A DNA stretch of 64,000 nucleotides from an uncultured delta proteobacterium (GCA_963696385.1 CAVOKF010000004.1:608001-672000), one strand, 5' to 3'; counted from the stretch's first letter, positions 18,695 to 29,112 are shown. Notes: a model not told the origin generated them from the sequence alone. A program made the numbers and translations.

Positions 18695-19627
18695 TCAAAG
18701 ATCGTCGTGAAATAGCGGCTCTCGGTTCCGCACGTACCGGTAAACGAGCTGGCGCGCCTCCGCGGTGATCTCGGTGAACTGAGCCCCGAAGCCTGGCGGG
18801 GCGTCATTTCCAGCATCGCTCGGCTCGCGTCGCCACCTTACGACCGCATTGGCCTCGAACTCGTAGCCGCCCGGAAGCGATACGCGCACCCGTACGGGTT
18901 GCCCAATCTTGGGCAGTCGATACGTCGAGACGAACAAACCGCCGTGGTCGATGATGTCATTGCCCGACAGGCCCTTGTAGAAGTTGCTCGGACTGTGAGC
19001 GCCGAGCTCGGCAGTTACCGTACCCCCGTCGGAAGCCGCGGAAGCGGGGGGGCCGCCTCTCGGCGGAGCAAACGGCGCCTGGGCCGTAGCAGGCTGCGCG
19101 ACTGGCCATTGGGCGGCCTTGGCTTGCGGAGAGGGCGATTGCGCGTACTGCGCCTGAGACGGGGGCATGATGGGCGCGCGCGCGGGCTGCGCCGCGGTCG
19201 GCGGGACAGGTGGCTGCGCTGCCGGCGCAGGGCGTTCCGGTTGAGCGACTATGGTGGGCTGGAACGCCAAGCCTTGCGCGGCCGGTGCGGGCGGGATCAC
19301 CGCTTGCGCTCCCACTCGGGTCAAAGCGTGGACGGTTCCGAGCGCGCCGGCAACGGCCTCGAGAGCGGCTGCGACGGCCTGGTTTTGCGGAGGATGTGCT
19401 TGAAGCTGCGCGAGCGCACTCTGAATATGCGAGAGTGCGGCTTGCGCGCTCGCTCCGACTTGGGCTCCGCCGGAACGCTCGATCTGGTGGAGGGCGCCCA
19501 TGGCCTGGGCGATCGGTGCTGCGAGGTCAAGAATCGGGCGGGGAACGTTTGGGTCACCCTGTAGAGCGTCGAGCCCACGGGCAAGCGACTCTCGTGCAGC
19601 GCGCGCTAGCGAGACGACATCGGACAA
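18695..19627 (-). CDS. Protein with helical N-terminus, P/A/Q-rich linker and C-terminal PilZ-like domain
   Basis: SNFYKGLSGNDIIDHGGLFVST...AVVRWRR...PGFGAQF resembles myxobacterial PilZ-like domains; TTG 19627 preceded by AGGAGA (ORF track start 19723). Confidence 0.75.
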   Translation of the reverse strand: MSDVVSLARAARESLARGLDALQGDPNVPRPILDLAAPIAQAMGALHQIERSGGAQVGASAQAALSHIQSALAQLQAHPPQNQAVAAALEAVAGALGTVHALTRVGAQAVIPPAPAAQGLAFQPTIVAQPERPAPAAQPPVPPTAAQPARAPIMPPSQAQYAQSPSPQAKAAQWPVAQPATAQAPFAPPRGGPPASAASDGGTVTAELGAHSPSNFYKGLSGNDIIDHGGLFVSTYRLPKIGQPVRVRVSLPGGYEFEANAVVRWRREPSDAGNDAPPGFGAQFTEITAEARQLVYRYVRNREPLFHDDL

Positions 19628-19768
19628 GTTCGGTTCTCCTCGCGGAGCGTGGCGGGAAGATCCCCGAACCCACTCCGTCGTGACAGGCCAAGAAGGCGGC
19701 GGTGTTGCCTCAACCCCTACCATGCGATCGAACCGTAGACGCGCTCTCTGTGCAACGGGAAAGCGTGC

Positions 19769-20647
19769 TCAGGTGCGTGCATCCATGACGAGGTCCGCGA
19801 GCTCACCCGGACCGAGCAGGTCGTCGTCCTCGGTGCGGCCTTCGAGAAGCTCGACGGCGTCGTCACTGGCGCGAACAACGGCGACGCCGTCCTGGCGTAT
19901 CGCGGCTTCGGAGACGAGGAGTGCTTTGGGGTATTCTCGGGTAGGCCGAACACGCAGAAGGGTCACGAAGCGCGTCCCAATTTCCGTCCACGCGCCCGGC
20001 CATGGCGCAGCCGCCCGAACGCGTCGTTCGATCCGCTCGGCCGTCCACGACCAGCGGATCGCAAGCTCTTGATCTTCGGGCTCCGCCGCGCTCGATGCAG
20101 CGTTCTCGTCTTGAGGGATGGGAGTCGGCGCCCGCCCGTCGGCGTACCTGCGCACGACATCGCGCAACAGCGCGAGGCTCGGCCGGTCGAGAGCGCGCGC
20201 CAGTTCCCACGCGTTCCAGGTGGGTTCGATCCGAAGCTCGCGACGGGCTAAGATCGGGCCCGTATCGTACTCAACGTCGAGGCGGTGAGCCGTAACGCCC
20301 GTCATTTCGTCCCCGCAGTCGAGTGCCCAGAAATACGGGTCCGGCCCGCGGTGACGCGGCAACAGCGACGGATGCACGCCGATCGACGACGCCAGACTGA
20401 GGATCGCGGGTGGCAACTTCGTCGTCCAGAACCAGCTGACGACGAGCTCGGGTGAGGCGGCGCGCACCCGAGCAAGGGTGTCTTCTGTGTTCGCATCCGG
20501 GCGCAGCCACGTTCGTCCGGGCGCGACACGAGCCGACAGCCGGCGAAGGCCTGGCGCGCACCTGCACGCGGCCGCGTAAACGATGTCATGACCGTCGCGG
20601 TGGAGAAGCACGGCGGCGAGCGGCAGGCCAAAGAACGCAATCCTCAC
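19769..20647 (-). CDS. Methionyl-tRNA formyltransferase-like formyltransferase
   Basis: VHPSLLPRHRG, TGVTAHRL..YDTGPI and C-terminal RAAAPWPGAW motifs; divergent N-terminus. Confidence 0.85.
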   Translation of the reverse strand: MRIAFFGLPLAAVLLHRDGHDIVYAAACRCAPGLRRLSARVAPGRTWLRPDANTEDTLARVRAASPELVVSWFWTTKLPPAILSLASSIGVHPSLLPRHRGPDPYFWALDCGDEMTGVTAHRLDVEYDTGPILARRELRIEPTWNAWELARALDRPSLALLRDVVRRYADGRAPTPIPQDENAASSAAEPEDQELAIRWSWTAERIERRVRAAAPWPGAWTEIGTRFVTLLRVRPTREYPKALLVSEAAIRQDGVAVVRASDDAVELLEGRTEDDDLLGPGELADLVMDART

Positions 20648-20674
20648 CTCGCCGCTCCTCGGCGCGCTCGCGCG

Positions 20675-21796
20675 TCAGGTCGTCGTGGCGGTCGGAACCA
20701 ACACGCTCGCGGGCTCTTCGCCGGACTGACGGAGCAATGCGGTTCGGACCGCGTGCTCGCAAAGCTGCCAGAGCTGTTGGCGATCGGTGACGCGACCCAG
20801 AAAGCCAATCGGGATGCGGAAGGCGCCCTTGTCGCGCCGCCCGCCCCCGTAGGGGCGCCCTTTCTCGTCGGCCCCGAACGCTTGTTCGATCCACGCGGCC
20901 GGATCGACACTTGGAGAGTGCGTCCGGAGCGACCCTTCGATGTACTTTTCGCCGATGACTCCGTAGACCACGCACGTGTCGATGTCTTCGCGGCGCACCA
21001 AAAAATCGGCTGCCTGAGCAATCGTGTCGCGCTCCGCCTCGCTGACGAAACCCACTCCAGCCATTGCGAAGTTGCGCCGCACGACCAGCGCTTGAAGCGC
21101 GCGCGCAATGACATCCATGGCGGTCGGCGCAATGAGTCGCCGCGATAGGTCCTGCAACAAGTCCCGGTCGCACACCTCCGCAATGAGCCCTGCCGCTCGA
21201 AAGTCGGCCGCTCGCGCGAGCATGAAGTCGTCCGTGTCCGTCGACAGGCCGTGCATGAGTGCCGTAGCGATTCGTCGGTCCTCCTCGACGTCCCCATCGA
21301 GGCTCGAGAGCTCCTGCAGATATTCCACGAAGATGGTCGCCGTAGCCCCCACGTCCAGCCGCAAGTCGACGAATCGCGCCTTCGGAGGCAGCGCGGCTCG
21401 ATGGTGGTCGACGATTGTCAGCATCTCGTAGTCTCCGGCGTCGCTGAGATCCGGATCGAGCTCGTGTGCGTCGACCAGAGCCACGAAGTCGACGCGCTCG
21501 ATTTCGTGCACACTTTTGACTTTACGAAGCTCCAAGCCCAGAAGTTTTACGAGCGCGCGGTTCTCTCGGTGGCTCAATTCATGGCAATAAGCCACGGTCG
21601 TTTGGGCAACCCCGAGTCGTTGTGCGATGTGAGCTTGTGTGATGGCACAGGCAATTCCGTCCGGGTCCGGATGCCCTCGGAGCGCAATGAGCACGTGCTT
21701 TCCTCGTGCCGCGGCGAGGGCCTCGGCGAAGGCGCGGGCGCGAGACTCGGTCGTCGGCGGACTGGGCAACGCCAAGCGTCGAACGGATTCGGTCAT
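20675..21796 (-). CDS. DHH/DHHA1 phosphoesterase (NrnA-like)
   Basis: HPDPDG, LVD, IVDHH, TDT motifs, C-terminal SLR and GGG. Confidence 0.9.
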   Translation of the reverse strand: MTESVRRLALPSPPTTESRARAFAEALAAARGKHVLIALRGHPDPDGIACAITQAHIAQRLGVAQTTVAYCHELSHRENRALVKLLGLELRKVKSVHEIERVDFVALVDAHELDPDLSDAGDYEMLTIVDHHRAALPPKARFVDLRLDVGATATIFVEYLQELSSLDGDVEEDRRIATALMHGLSTDTDDFMLARAADFRAAGLIAEVCDRDLLQDLSRRLIAPTAMDVIARALQALVVRRNFAMAGVGFVSEAERDTIAQAADFLVRREDIDTCVVYGVIGEKYIEGSLRTHSPSVDPAAWIEQAFGADEKGRPYGGGRRDKGAFRIPIGFLGRVTDRQQLWQLCEHAVRTALLRQSGEEPASVLVPTATTT

Positions 21797-21928
21797 CTTG
21801 GGTGGAATGGTGGACACGTTTGCATGTATAAATCTAGCCACCCTCCCGCCACACGGATAGTGCTAACGCGCAGCCCTCGTCGAAGACCGGGAAAAAGACC
21901 TACGAATCCACTATAAGCGCGCCGGCGG

Positions 21929-23671
21929 ATGCAGGCACGTCCAGTCCTTCGCGCGCCGTCGCTGCGACTTCGGCGTACGCTTGCCGTTCCGCTTGCGCTG
22001 GCGCTTCCGCCGCTTTTTTGGGTCGTTGACGCCACCCGGCGCGCGTCCGTCACGACGCTCGGTCGCGACCAGGGAATTTTTCAGTACGTGGCGTGGGCCT
22101 TGTCGCGCGGCGCGACGGATTACCGCGACATTCGGGACGTGAACGGTCCGCTCACGCACCTGGTGCATCTCGTTTTCTTGCGGCTCGGCGGTGCGGACGA
22201 GCATCGGTTCAGGCTGCTCGATTTGGCCGTGACGGGCGCGACTTTCGCGTTCGTCGGGTGGTGTGCGCCGGGCGCATGCTCACGTCGTCTGCCGCGCGCC
22301 TTCGAACGAGCGGCCTGGGCCTTGGCCGCCTGGGTCACGCTGAGCGGGCAGTATCTCGCCTACGGGTTCTGGGATACGGCGCAGCGCGAAAGCTTCTTCG
22401 ATTGGTTCTTGCTCCCGAGCGTAGCTCTCCAGCTTATCGCGCAGAAAGCTCGCGCTGCGTCCCGAGGTCACGGTCGGGCTGCACACTGTCCGATGCGACT
22501 TCTCGTCGTGGTGGGCGCGCTCAGCGTCATCCCATGGTTCGGCAAGCCCACCTTCGCCCTGTTTACCTGCGCACAGATCGCGACCGTGTGGATGGATCGA
22601 GGCACGGCGTTGACGCCCGCGAAATCGCTGCTCGCCTTCGCGATTGGCGGAGCCGTCGGCGCGGCAACCCAATTCGCGTTCCTCGTCTCATGGGGTGACC
22701 CCGTGGCGTACGCACGCATCCAGCTCATCGACGTTCCAGCCATGTATCGGTTCATTTGGCCGAGAGCAGCGGCCGACATCTTCTCGGCCCCCTTCTTCGG
22801 GACGTACGCGATCTTCGCCATCGCGGGTGCCGTCATGTTCTTCGCGCTGATTCTGACGGGGGAGATGCCGGTTCGCACGGCTGCCGTCGCCCTCGCTCCG
22901 GTTTGCGCGCTCGTGAGCGTTGTCGTCCAGGCAAAGGGATTTCTCTACCACTTCCACCCGGTGACGGCCTGCGTCCACCTGCAGTGGCTCGTGTTTGTGG
23001 CCTGGATCTCGGAAAGAGCCGGCGTCGCGCGCAAGCGCTGGGCCGGTGCGCGCCTCGTGCCGATCGCGGTTGCGACGCTCATCTCCCTGCATGTCGGTGC
23101 GGAGTTGCTTGACTCGCCCACCATTCGCGACACCTGGCTGCTGTGGGCCGCAGAGACGCCCGAGCGCCGCGCCGCAGCGGAGTACTTCGAACATTTCGTG
23201 CGTTCCGATTTCTTCCCCACCGACATGCGCGAAGCGGCCGCCTATCTGCGCACCCACACGGCGCCGGGCGACGGCGTTCAGACCTACGGGATGGACCCGT
23301 ACGTTCTCTTCTTGTCGGCTCGCATGAGCGCGACTCCGTACATCTACGCGTACGACCTGAACGCGGATGCGGCGCTCGCGGGTGGCACCGGGGGTCGCCC
23401 CGACGCCGTGCAAGCCGATCGGATCCGCGAGATGAGAGACGCCAGAGAATCCGACCTGCTGCAGCGAGTTCGCGAACGTCCTCCCGCGGCGTTCGTGTTC
23501 ATCGACAACTCGCCGCTTCTTTCGGAGGTCGATGCATGGGACGACTTCGAGGCCCATTGCACGCGCACCGCCGCCTGGGTTCGCGCGGGGTATCGAGAGT
23601 CGGCGCGCTTCGGCCACGATCATGTCTGGCTCCGCGTCACATCCGCCCCGGTGCCCCCGCCGGGCGGATGA
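21929..23671 (+). CDS. Polytopic membrane protein, probable GT-C (ArnT/PMT-like) glycosyltransferase
   Basis: RDQGIFQY..A....G..DYRDIRDVNGP first-loop motif, many TM helices, soluble C-terminal domain. Confidence 0.65.
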   Translation: MQARPVLRAPSLRLRRTLAVPLALALPPLFWVVDATRRASVTTLGRDQGIFQYVAWALSRGATDYRDIRDVNGPLTHLVHLVFLRLGGADEHRFRLLDLAVTGATFAFVGWCAPGACSRRLPRAFERAAWALAAWVTLSGQYLAYGFWDTAQRESFFDWFLLPSVALQLIAQKARAASRGHGRAAHCPMRLLVVVGALSVIPWFGKPTFALFTCAQIATVWMDRGTALTPAKSLLAFAIGGAVGAATQFAFLVSWGDPVAYARIQLIDVPAMYRFIWPRAAADIFSAPFFGTYAIFAIAGAVMFFALILTGEMPVRTAAVALAPVCALVSVVVQAKGFLYHFHPVTACVHLQWLVFVAWISERAGVARKRWAGARLVPIAVATLISLHVGAELLDSPTIRDTWLLWAAETPERRAAAEYFEHFVRSDFFPTDMREAAAYLRTHTAPGDGVQTYGMDPYVLFLSARMSATPYIYAYDLNADAALAGGTGGRPDAVQADRIREMRDARESDLLQRVRERPPAAFVFIDNSPLLSEVDAWDDFEAHCTRTAAWVRAGYRESARFGHDHVWLRVTSAPVPPPGG

Positions 23672-23690
23672 TCGCGCCCGACACATGCGC

Positions 23691-23862
23691 TAAGTACACC
23701 GCCTCAGAACAAAGGGCTCAGCTGGGCGGTGTGCTTCAATCGCCGGGAGGCGATTGGGAGTTTGGAGCGAAGCCCCAACGAAATCACCCTAGTACGGCGC
23801 CAGCCTGCAACGCAAGGCGTACCCCGCGCAGCTCGGTACCGCTGAGCGGGGCGCTGTACTAG
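23691..23862. repeat. Structured ~170-bp intergenic element, copy 2 (inverted relative to copy 1)
   Basis: Reverse complement of 23691-23785 matches 3441-3535 at 85/95 nt; 23789-23862 carries the CTAGTACGGCGCC...GGCGCTGTACTAG module. Confidence 0.85.
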
Positions 23863-23883
23863 GATGACGGGTCCTGGGCAGAT

Positions 23884-26208
23884 ATGACGGACGACACCGC
23901 TGCTCCGACTGCCGTGAGCCTTGCAAAACCAGGCGATCCCGCAAACTCTCCATCGCGGCCGGCGCTCCCGCCGGCCTCCTCTCCTCGGCTGCCCGCGACC
24001 GAGGTTCCGGACGTCCGCTCGACGGCGCTTTACCTCAATCGCGAGCTGTCCTGGCTCGAGTTCAACGCTCGCGTTCTCGCGGAGGCCGAGAGCGAAAGTG
24101 TGCCTCTGCTCGAACGGCTGAAGTACCACGCCATCGTCGTAAGCAATCTCGACGAGTTCTTCATGGTGCGCGTGGCCGGCCTAAAGCAGCAGCTCACCGG
24201 TGAAGTCGACGAGATGGCGCCGGATGGGATGACCGTCAGCGAACAACTCACCGCTATCGCGGCCCGCGTCCATTCGCTGGTCACGACGCAGTCGCGGAGC
24301 CTGTCGGCGCTTCTGACCAAATTGGCGGACGCCGGAATCGTCATTCTCAAGAGCGAAGAGCTTTCCGACGATATGCTCGCGGACCTGGAAGCACGCTTTC
24401 ACAACGACGTGTTTCCCATTCTCACGCCGATTGCGATCGACCCGGGGCACCCGTTCCCGCGCGTTCGAAACAAGAGTCTGAACCTTGCCGTCATGTTCAC
24501 GCGCGAAGGGACGCTCGAACACGGGTTCGGTGTGGTTCAGGTGCCGTCGATGTTGCCGCGGCTCTTGCCCATGGCGGGGGTCCGCACCCGAAGCGGCGCG
24601 CCCGCCACGCGTGCCTATGTGTTGCTCGAGGATCTCATCGCGCGGCACGCTTCGACCATCTTTCCGGGCGTGCATATCGACGGACTTTACGTCTTCCGCG
24701 TGACTCGCAACTTCGACATCGAGGTCGACGAAGAGGAAGCCGAGGATCTGCTGCAGTCCATCCAGCAGGAGTTGCGTCGTCGAGAGAGGGGCAACGCCGT
24801 CCGCCTCGAGGTCGCGGGGGATCCGCCTGCCGGTTCACTGGCGAAGCTGGTCAAGGCGCTGAAGCTCGATCCCGAAAGGGACGTGTATCCCGTGGCCGGG
24901 ATTCTGAACGCCGCCGATCTGATGAGCGTGAGCCGTGAGGAAATACGCGGGCTGCGCGACGAGTCGTTCATACCTCACGCCGTGCCCCCCCTTCGCGACG
25001 CCGACGACGTCTTTTCGGTCCTGCGCGAGCAGGACGTGCTGCTTCATCATCCCTATGAATCGTTCGACGCGGTCGTGGACCTCGTGGCGCGCGCTGCAGA
25101 CGACCCGGACGTGCTCGCAATCAAGCAGACTCTGTACCGGGCGGGAGGCGATTCGCCGATCGTCAAGGCGCTGGTGCGGGCGGCCGAGAGCGGAAAGCAG
25201 GTGACCGCGATCGTCGAGCTCAAGGCGCGCTTCGACGAGGAGTCGAACATCGTTTGGGCTCGCATGCTCGAGCAGGCCGGCGCGCACGTCGTGTATGGCC
25301 TGCTCGGGTTGAAGACGCATGCCAAGTGCCTGCTCATCGTTCGTCGAGAGAAGGGCAAGCTTCGGCGTTATGCGCACCTGTCGACCGGGAACTACAATCC
25401 GACGACCGCACGGCTCTACACGGATATTTCGCTTTTCACGGCGCGAACCGATCTGTGCGAGGACGTCTCGAGCCTCTTCAACTTGTTAACGGGCTACAGC
25501 GCTCCGCCCAAATGGAACAAGATGCTCGTCGCGCCGCTTGGGCTCCACGAGGCGGTCCTCGGGCTCATCGCACGCGAGGCCGATCACGCCCGGGCAGGGC
25601 GCCCCGCGCGAATCGTCGCCAAGATGAACGCGCTCGTGGACGCTGACGTGATGGCCGCGCTGTATTGCGCTTCGCAGGCCGGCGTGGCGATCACGTTGCT
25701 CGTTCGTGGGATCTGCTGCCTTCGGCCGGGTGTCCCGGGAGTGAGCGAGACCATTGAGGTTCGAGCACTGGTGGATCGGTTCCTCGAGCACGGGCGTGCC
25801 TTTCACTTTATCAACGGAGGGCGCGACGAGGTGTACCTGGCCAGCGCCGACTGGATGCCGCGCAACTTCCACCGGCGTGTCGAGGCGATGTTTCCTGTCG
25901 AGGATCCGGCCATCCGTGCTCGATTGATCGACATTCTGCAGATCCAGTGCGCCGACAACGTGAAGAGCTGGGCGCTCCGCCCGGACGGCAAGTACGAGCG
26001 CGTCTCCGCCAGAGCCGGCAACGCCATCGTTCGGTCTCAAGCGCGGTTCATCGAGATGACCCGCGATCGCTTGAAGGCAGCGGACGGCGTAGCAACGAGC
26101 CGAAGGGTTCATCTGCATTCGTTGCCCAATGGTCGAGGCAATTTGGACAGCAAAGCGAGCGAAGCGAGGCGGGTGCGGCGCGAGGCCCGCCAAATGAAGA
26201 AAGTTTGA
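23884..26208 (+). CDS. ppk1: Polyphosphate kinase 1
   Basis: NRELSWLEFNARVL, SNLDEFFMVRVAGL, HHPYESF, IKQTLYR, ELKARFDE, KTHAK, SADWMPRN. Confidence 0.98.
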   Translation: MTDDTAAPTAVSLAKPGDPANSPSRPALPPASSPRLPATEVPDVRSTALYLNRELSWLEFNARVLAEAESESVPLLERLKYHAIVVSNLDEFFMVRVAGLKQQLTGEVDEMAPDGMTVSEQLTAIAARVHSLVTTQSRSLSALLTKLADAGIVILKSEELSDDMLADLEARFHNDVFPILTPIAIDPGHPFPRVRNKSLNLAVMFTREGTLEHGFGVVQVPSMLPRLLPMAGVRTRSGAPATRAYVLLEDLIARHASTIFPGVHIDGLYVFRVTRNFDIEVDEEEAEDLLQSIQQELRRRERGNAVRLEVAGDPPAGSLAKLVKALKLDPERDVYPVAGILNAADLMSVSREEIRGLRDESFIPHAVPPLRDADDVFSVLREQDVLLHHPYESFDAVVDLVARAADDPDVLAIKQTLYRAGGDSPIVKALVRAAESGKQVTAIVELKARFDEESNIVWARMLEQAGAHVVYGLLGLKTHAKCLLIVRREKGKLRRYAHLSTGNYNPTTARLYTDISLFTARTDLCEDVSSLFNLLTGYSAPPKWNKMLVAPLGLHEAVLGLIAREADHARAGRPARIVAKMNALVDADVMAALYCASQAGVAITLLVRGICCLRPGVPGVSETIEVRALVDRFLEHGRAFHFINGGRDEVYLASADWMPRNFHRRVEAMFPVEDPAIRARLIDILQIQCADNVKSWALRPDGKYERVSARAGNAIVRSQARFIEMTRDRLKAADGVATSRRVHLHSLPNGRGNLDSKASEARRVRREARQMKKV

Positions 26209-26295
26209 GGCTTTCCAGCAAGAAGGGGACTCGAGCGGGTTCCCCTGAGCAGAAGCCCGCCGGTCGCAGGGGCCGGGTAGAGTAAGCCTTCCCGC

Positions 26296-28206
26296 ATGGA
26301 CGCTCCCCGCGCCGTCGTCGTACCGTTCGGCGTCCCTGAAGAGGGACGCGGGCTCGGGCTGGGCTTGGCGGCTCTGGTGCACGCGTTCGTTCGCGTCGAA
26401 GGGACTGGAGTGGCGATGGCGCAGCTGCATGCGCGGCGGCCCGAAGACCGGTTGGGCGCGGCTTCAGCGCCGGTCGAAGCGTTCATCCCGCCCGCCGCAT
26501 GGCGAGACATGTCCGGGCGAGGAGACGGACCGACGGGCGCGGTGGTTGTCGTGACGGGTTCGTTCGATCCGCCGTTCCATGGACACGGGACGATTCGCCT
26601 AATGGCGTTCGATGCGGGCGACGGTCAGGTGTGCGCGACTCTGGACGCAAACCTCGACGGCGAGCGCGCAGGCGCGACCGTCGTGGATGCGTTCGACCGG
26701 TTCTGCGGTCGGTTACAAGGCGAAGTAGGGGCTCTAGGAGGCATACGGGAACTCGGGTGGGAGTCGCTCGAGAGCGTGTTGCGCGCCGAGCGTTGCGCTC
26801 TGCACGACCCGGCACGTGGTGGTCCCTACGATCGCCTCGCCGCGATGATCCATCTCGGTCGCGCCATTGGCGACGCGCCGCACGCCCGTTACCCGATCGA
26901 TCGGATCGCCTCGCTGGCGCTCGAGGCCGCATCGGATCCTTCCCTGGATGGCAAGCTCGCCTCGGCCGCCGTCCGGGCGCTCGAGCGGGCGGTGGCCGAC
27001 GCGTTTACGAACCCGGAGTTGGTCGAGGCGCTCGCGGCCGTCTTGCTTCGAGTCGGGCGGTTCCACGACGCCGAACGGCGAATGAACTCAGCCATTGCAG
27101 TTGCGCCGAAGAGGGCCCGTTCCTACGCGTTGCTCTCTCAGGCACTCCGTGCTCGAGGCGAACTGGACGGTGCGCTCGCCACCCTGCAGGCGGGCGTGAG
27201 GTCGGTGGGTGCCGACGTCTTGCTCGACATCGAGCGCGGGACGGTCCTTGCCGCCTCGGGCGACTCCGAGGGCGCCGTCGCCGTTTGGCGCGATGTGCTT
27301 GCGTCGGATCCGCTGAACCCCGCGGCCTTCGCGAGGCTCGCCGCCCTCGTTCTCAGGATGCACGACACGGCCACGGCACAATGGCTGATCGACGCGGCAC
27401 TTGCCGCCACCGCCCCCCCGCTCGACGTGATTCGTCACGCCGTTCTGCTCGCACTCGGCACCGAGGCCGAGGGCCTGGCTCGCGCGTCACGGGTTGCGCG
27501 CTTGTGCACGCAGTGGCTGCGCCGGCTCCCGGGCGATCCCACGGGGTTGATTGTCATGGCGCGGGCGCACTTGGTCCTCGGCGACGAGAAGCAGGCGCGC
27601 GCCCACTTGGACCAGGTGGAGCGGGTTGCCCCGAAGTCGGCGGCTGCGGCCGAGGTTCTCGCGATGAGGCTCGCGCTCGACGATCCGTCCGCCGAACGCG
27701 AAATCCAAAGCGCACTTCGAGCGGCACAAGGCGCTCCGGTCGATCGTCTCGCCGAGGTGGCCGTGCGCGCGCGCCGGCTGGCCACCGTCCACGGCGCATG
27801 GACCGGATGGCTGGCGGCAGCTGTTGCCGATCGGCGGCGCGGCCGTCTTACCGCCGCCCGAGGCGCATTGGAGGTGGCACTCGAGATCGCGCCGGGCGCC
27901 GTGATCGCGCACCTAGAGATGGCCGACGTGCTCGCAGAACTCGATGATCCGGGCGGTGCGGTTTCCCATGCGCAAGCCGCCGTGGCGCTCGAGGGCTCGT
28001 CGCCACGGGCGCTCGGACTGCTCGCGCGTGCTCTCGGACAGGTGGGGCGGACGGCCGAGGCGATGGACGCGGCGCGCGCCGCCTTGGCTATCGAGCCCGA
28101 GGACGTGCAAACGCGCGCGTTGCTATCGCGCTTGGGTCGAAAGGAGGATGCCCCGGGCTGGATGGATTGGGCGAAGCGGAAGATCGCCGCATGGACGAGG
28201 CATTGA
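26296..28206 (+). CDS. Tetratricopeptide-repeat protein
   Basis: Ala/Leu-rich helical repeats with TPR-like patterns (G...A......AL...P). Confidence 0.8.
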   Translation: MDAPRAVVVPFGVPEEGRGLGLGLAALVHAFVRVEGTGVAMAQLHARRPEDRLGAASAPVEAFIPPAAWRDMSGRGDGPTGAVVVVTGSFDPPFHGHGTIRLMAFDAGDGQVCATLDANLDGERAGATVVDAFDRFCGRLQGEVGALGGIRELGWESLESVLRAERCALHDPARGGPYDRLAAMIHLGRAIGDAPHARYPIDRIASLALEAASDPSLDGKLASAAVRALERAVADAFTNPELVEALAAVLLRVGRFHDAERRMNSAIAVAPKRARSYALLSQALRARGELDGALATLQAGVRSVGADVLLDIERGTVLAASGDSEGAVAVWRDVLASDPLNPAAFARLAALVLRMHDTATAQWLIDAALAATAPPLDVIRHAVLLALGTEAEGLARASRVARLCTQWLRRLPGDPTGLIVMARAHLVLGDEKQARAHLDQVERVAPKSAAAAEVLAMRLALDDPSAEREIQSALRAAQGAPVDRLAEVAVRARRLATVHGAWTGWLAAAVADRRRGRLTAARGALEVALEIAPGAVIAHLEMADVLAELDDPGGAVSHAQAAVALEGSSPRALGLLARALGQVGRTAEAMDAARAALAIEPEDVQTRALLSRLGRKEDAPGWMDWAKRKIAAWTRH

Positions 28207-28240
28207 CCTACGGACGCTGAGATCTCTCGATTGACCGTCT

Positions 28241-29112
28241 TCAGTGGTACGTGAAGCGGAGGTCATGGTCGCAAATTCTGAATACATCGCCCTCGGCGAT
28301 CGGCCTTCGAGTAATCCGCTGGCCATTGAACGTGACGCCGTTCGTCGAACCCATATCGACCATGAAATACACGCCGTTCTGGAATTCGACGAGCGCGTGC
28401 TGCCGCGAGACGTTCGGGTCCTTGAGCGTCAAGTCGCTCGACTGCTTGCCGCGGCCAATCGCGAACCTGTCCTTGGTGACGGCGAACCGCTCGCCATTGT
28501 AGAGGAGCGTCAAGGTCGCAGTTTGCGCCGCAGGCGCGACTTGGCCGTTGTTGCCTCCATCCATGGCCGCGCGCGATGCTGCGCCAGGCGACGACGGCAA
28601 CGGGGGCATCGATTGGAGCGCTCCTGTTGGCGCGGGCGCCCGCGACGCCCCGGGAACGGGGGGCGGAGTCGCGCTCATCGGGGGTAGGGGCGGCATGCCC
28701 GATGGGGCCCGAGCGACGGCTGGTGGTGGGACGGGTACGGCGCTGGGCCGATGCGGGGGCGGCAGCGGCATCGAGGGCAAAGGGCGTCCGGGGGGCGGCA
28801 AGACACGCCCTCCCGGTGGAGGAGGAAGCGGCGCCGGCGCTGGGGCACGGCCGAGCGCGGGGGGGGCGCACCCGCGGGGGCGGCGGACGCTTGGGGCAGC
28901 GCCGCACCTTGCGATGCGGGGTCGATGCGTTGGGCCGGATAAGGGGTCCGCGCAACTCCGTGGCTACGCTGGCGGGCGTACTGCTTCATCGCCTCATTGA
29001 CGAGGTAGTCGACGCTGCACTCGAGCTCGCGCGCCATTTGCTCGAACGCTTCCCACAGGACCTCACGACACTGAAATGTGCGGGCGTTCTTCTTATTGGG
29101 ATCCGCGCTCAT
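28241..29112 (-). pseudogene. RHH-like + Pro-rich + FHA domain protein, split by a frameshift at a G8 tract
   Basis: N-part RTFQCREVLWEAFEQMARELECSVDYLVNEAMKQY; C-part FHA (IGR, VSRQH, DMGSTNG). One extra base in the run at 28859-28866 joins them into one 290-aa ORF. Confidence 0.75.
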
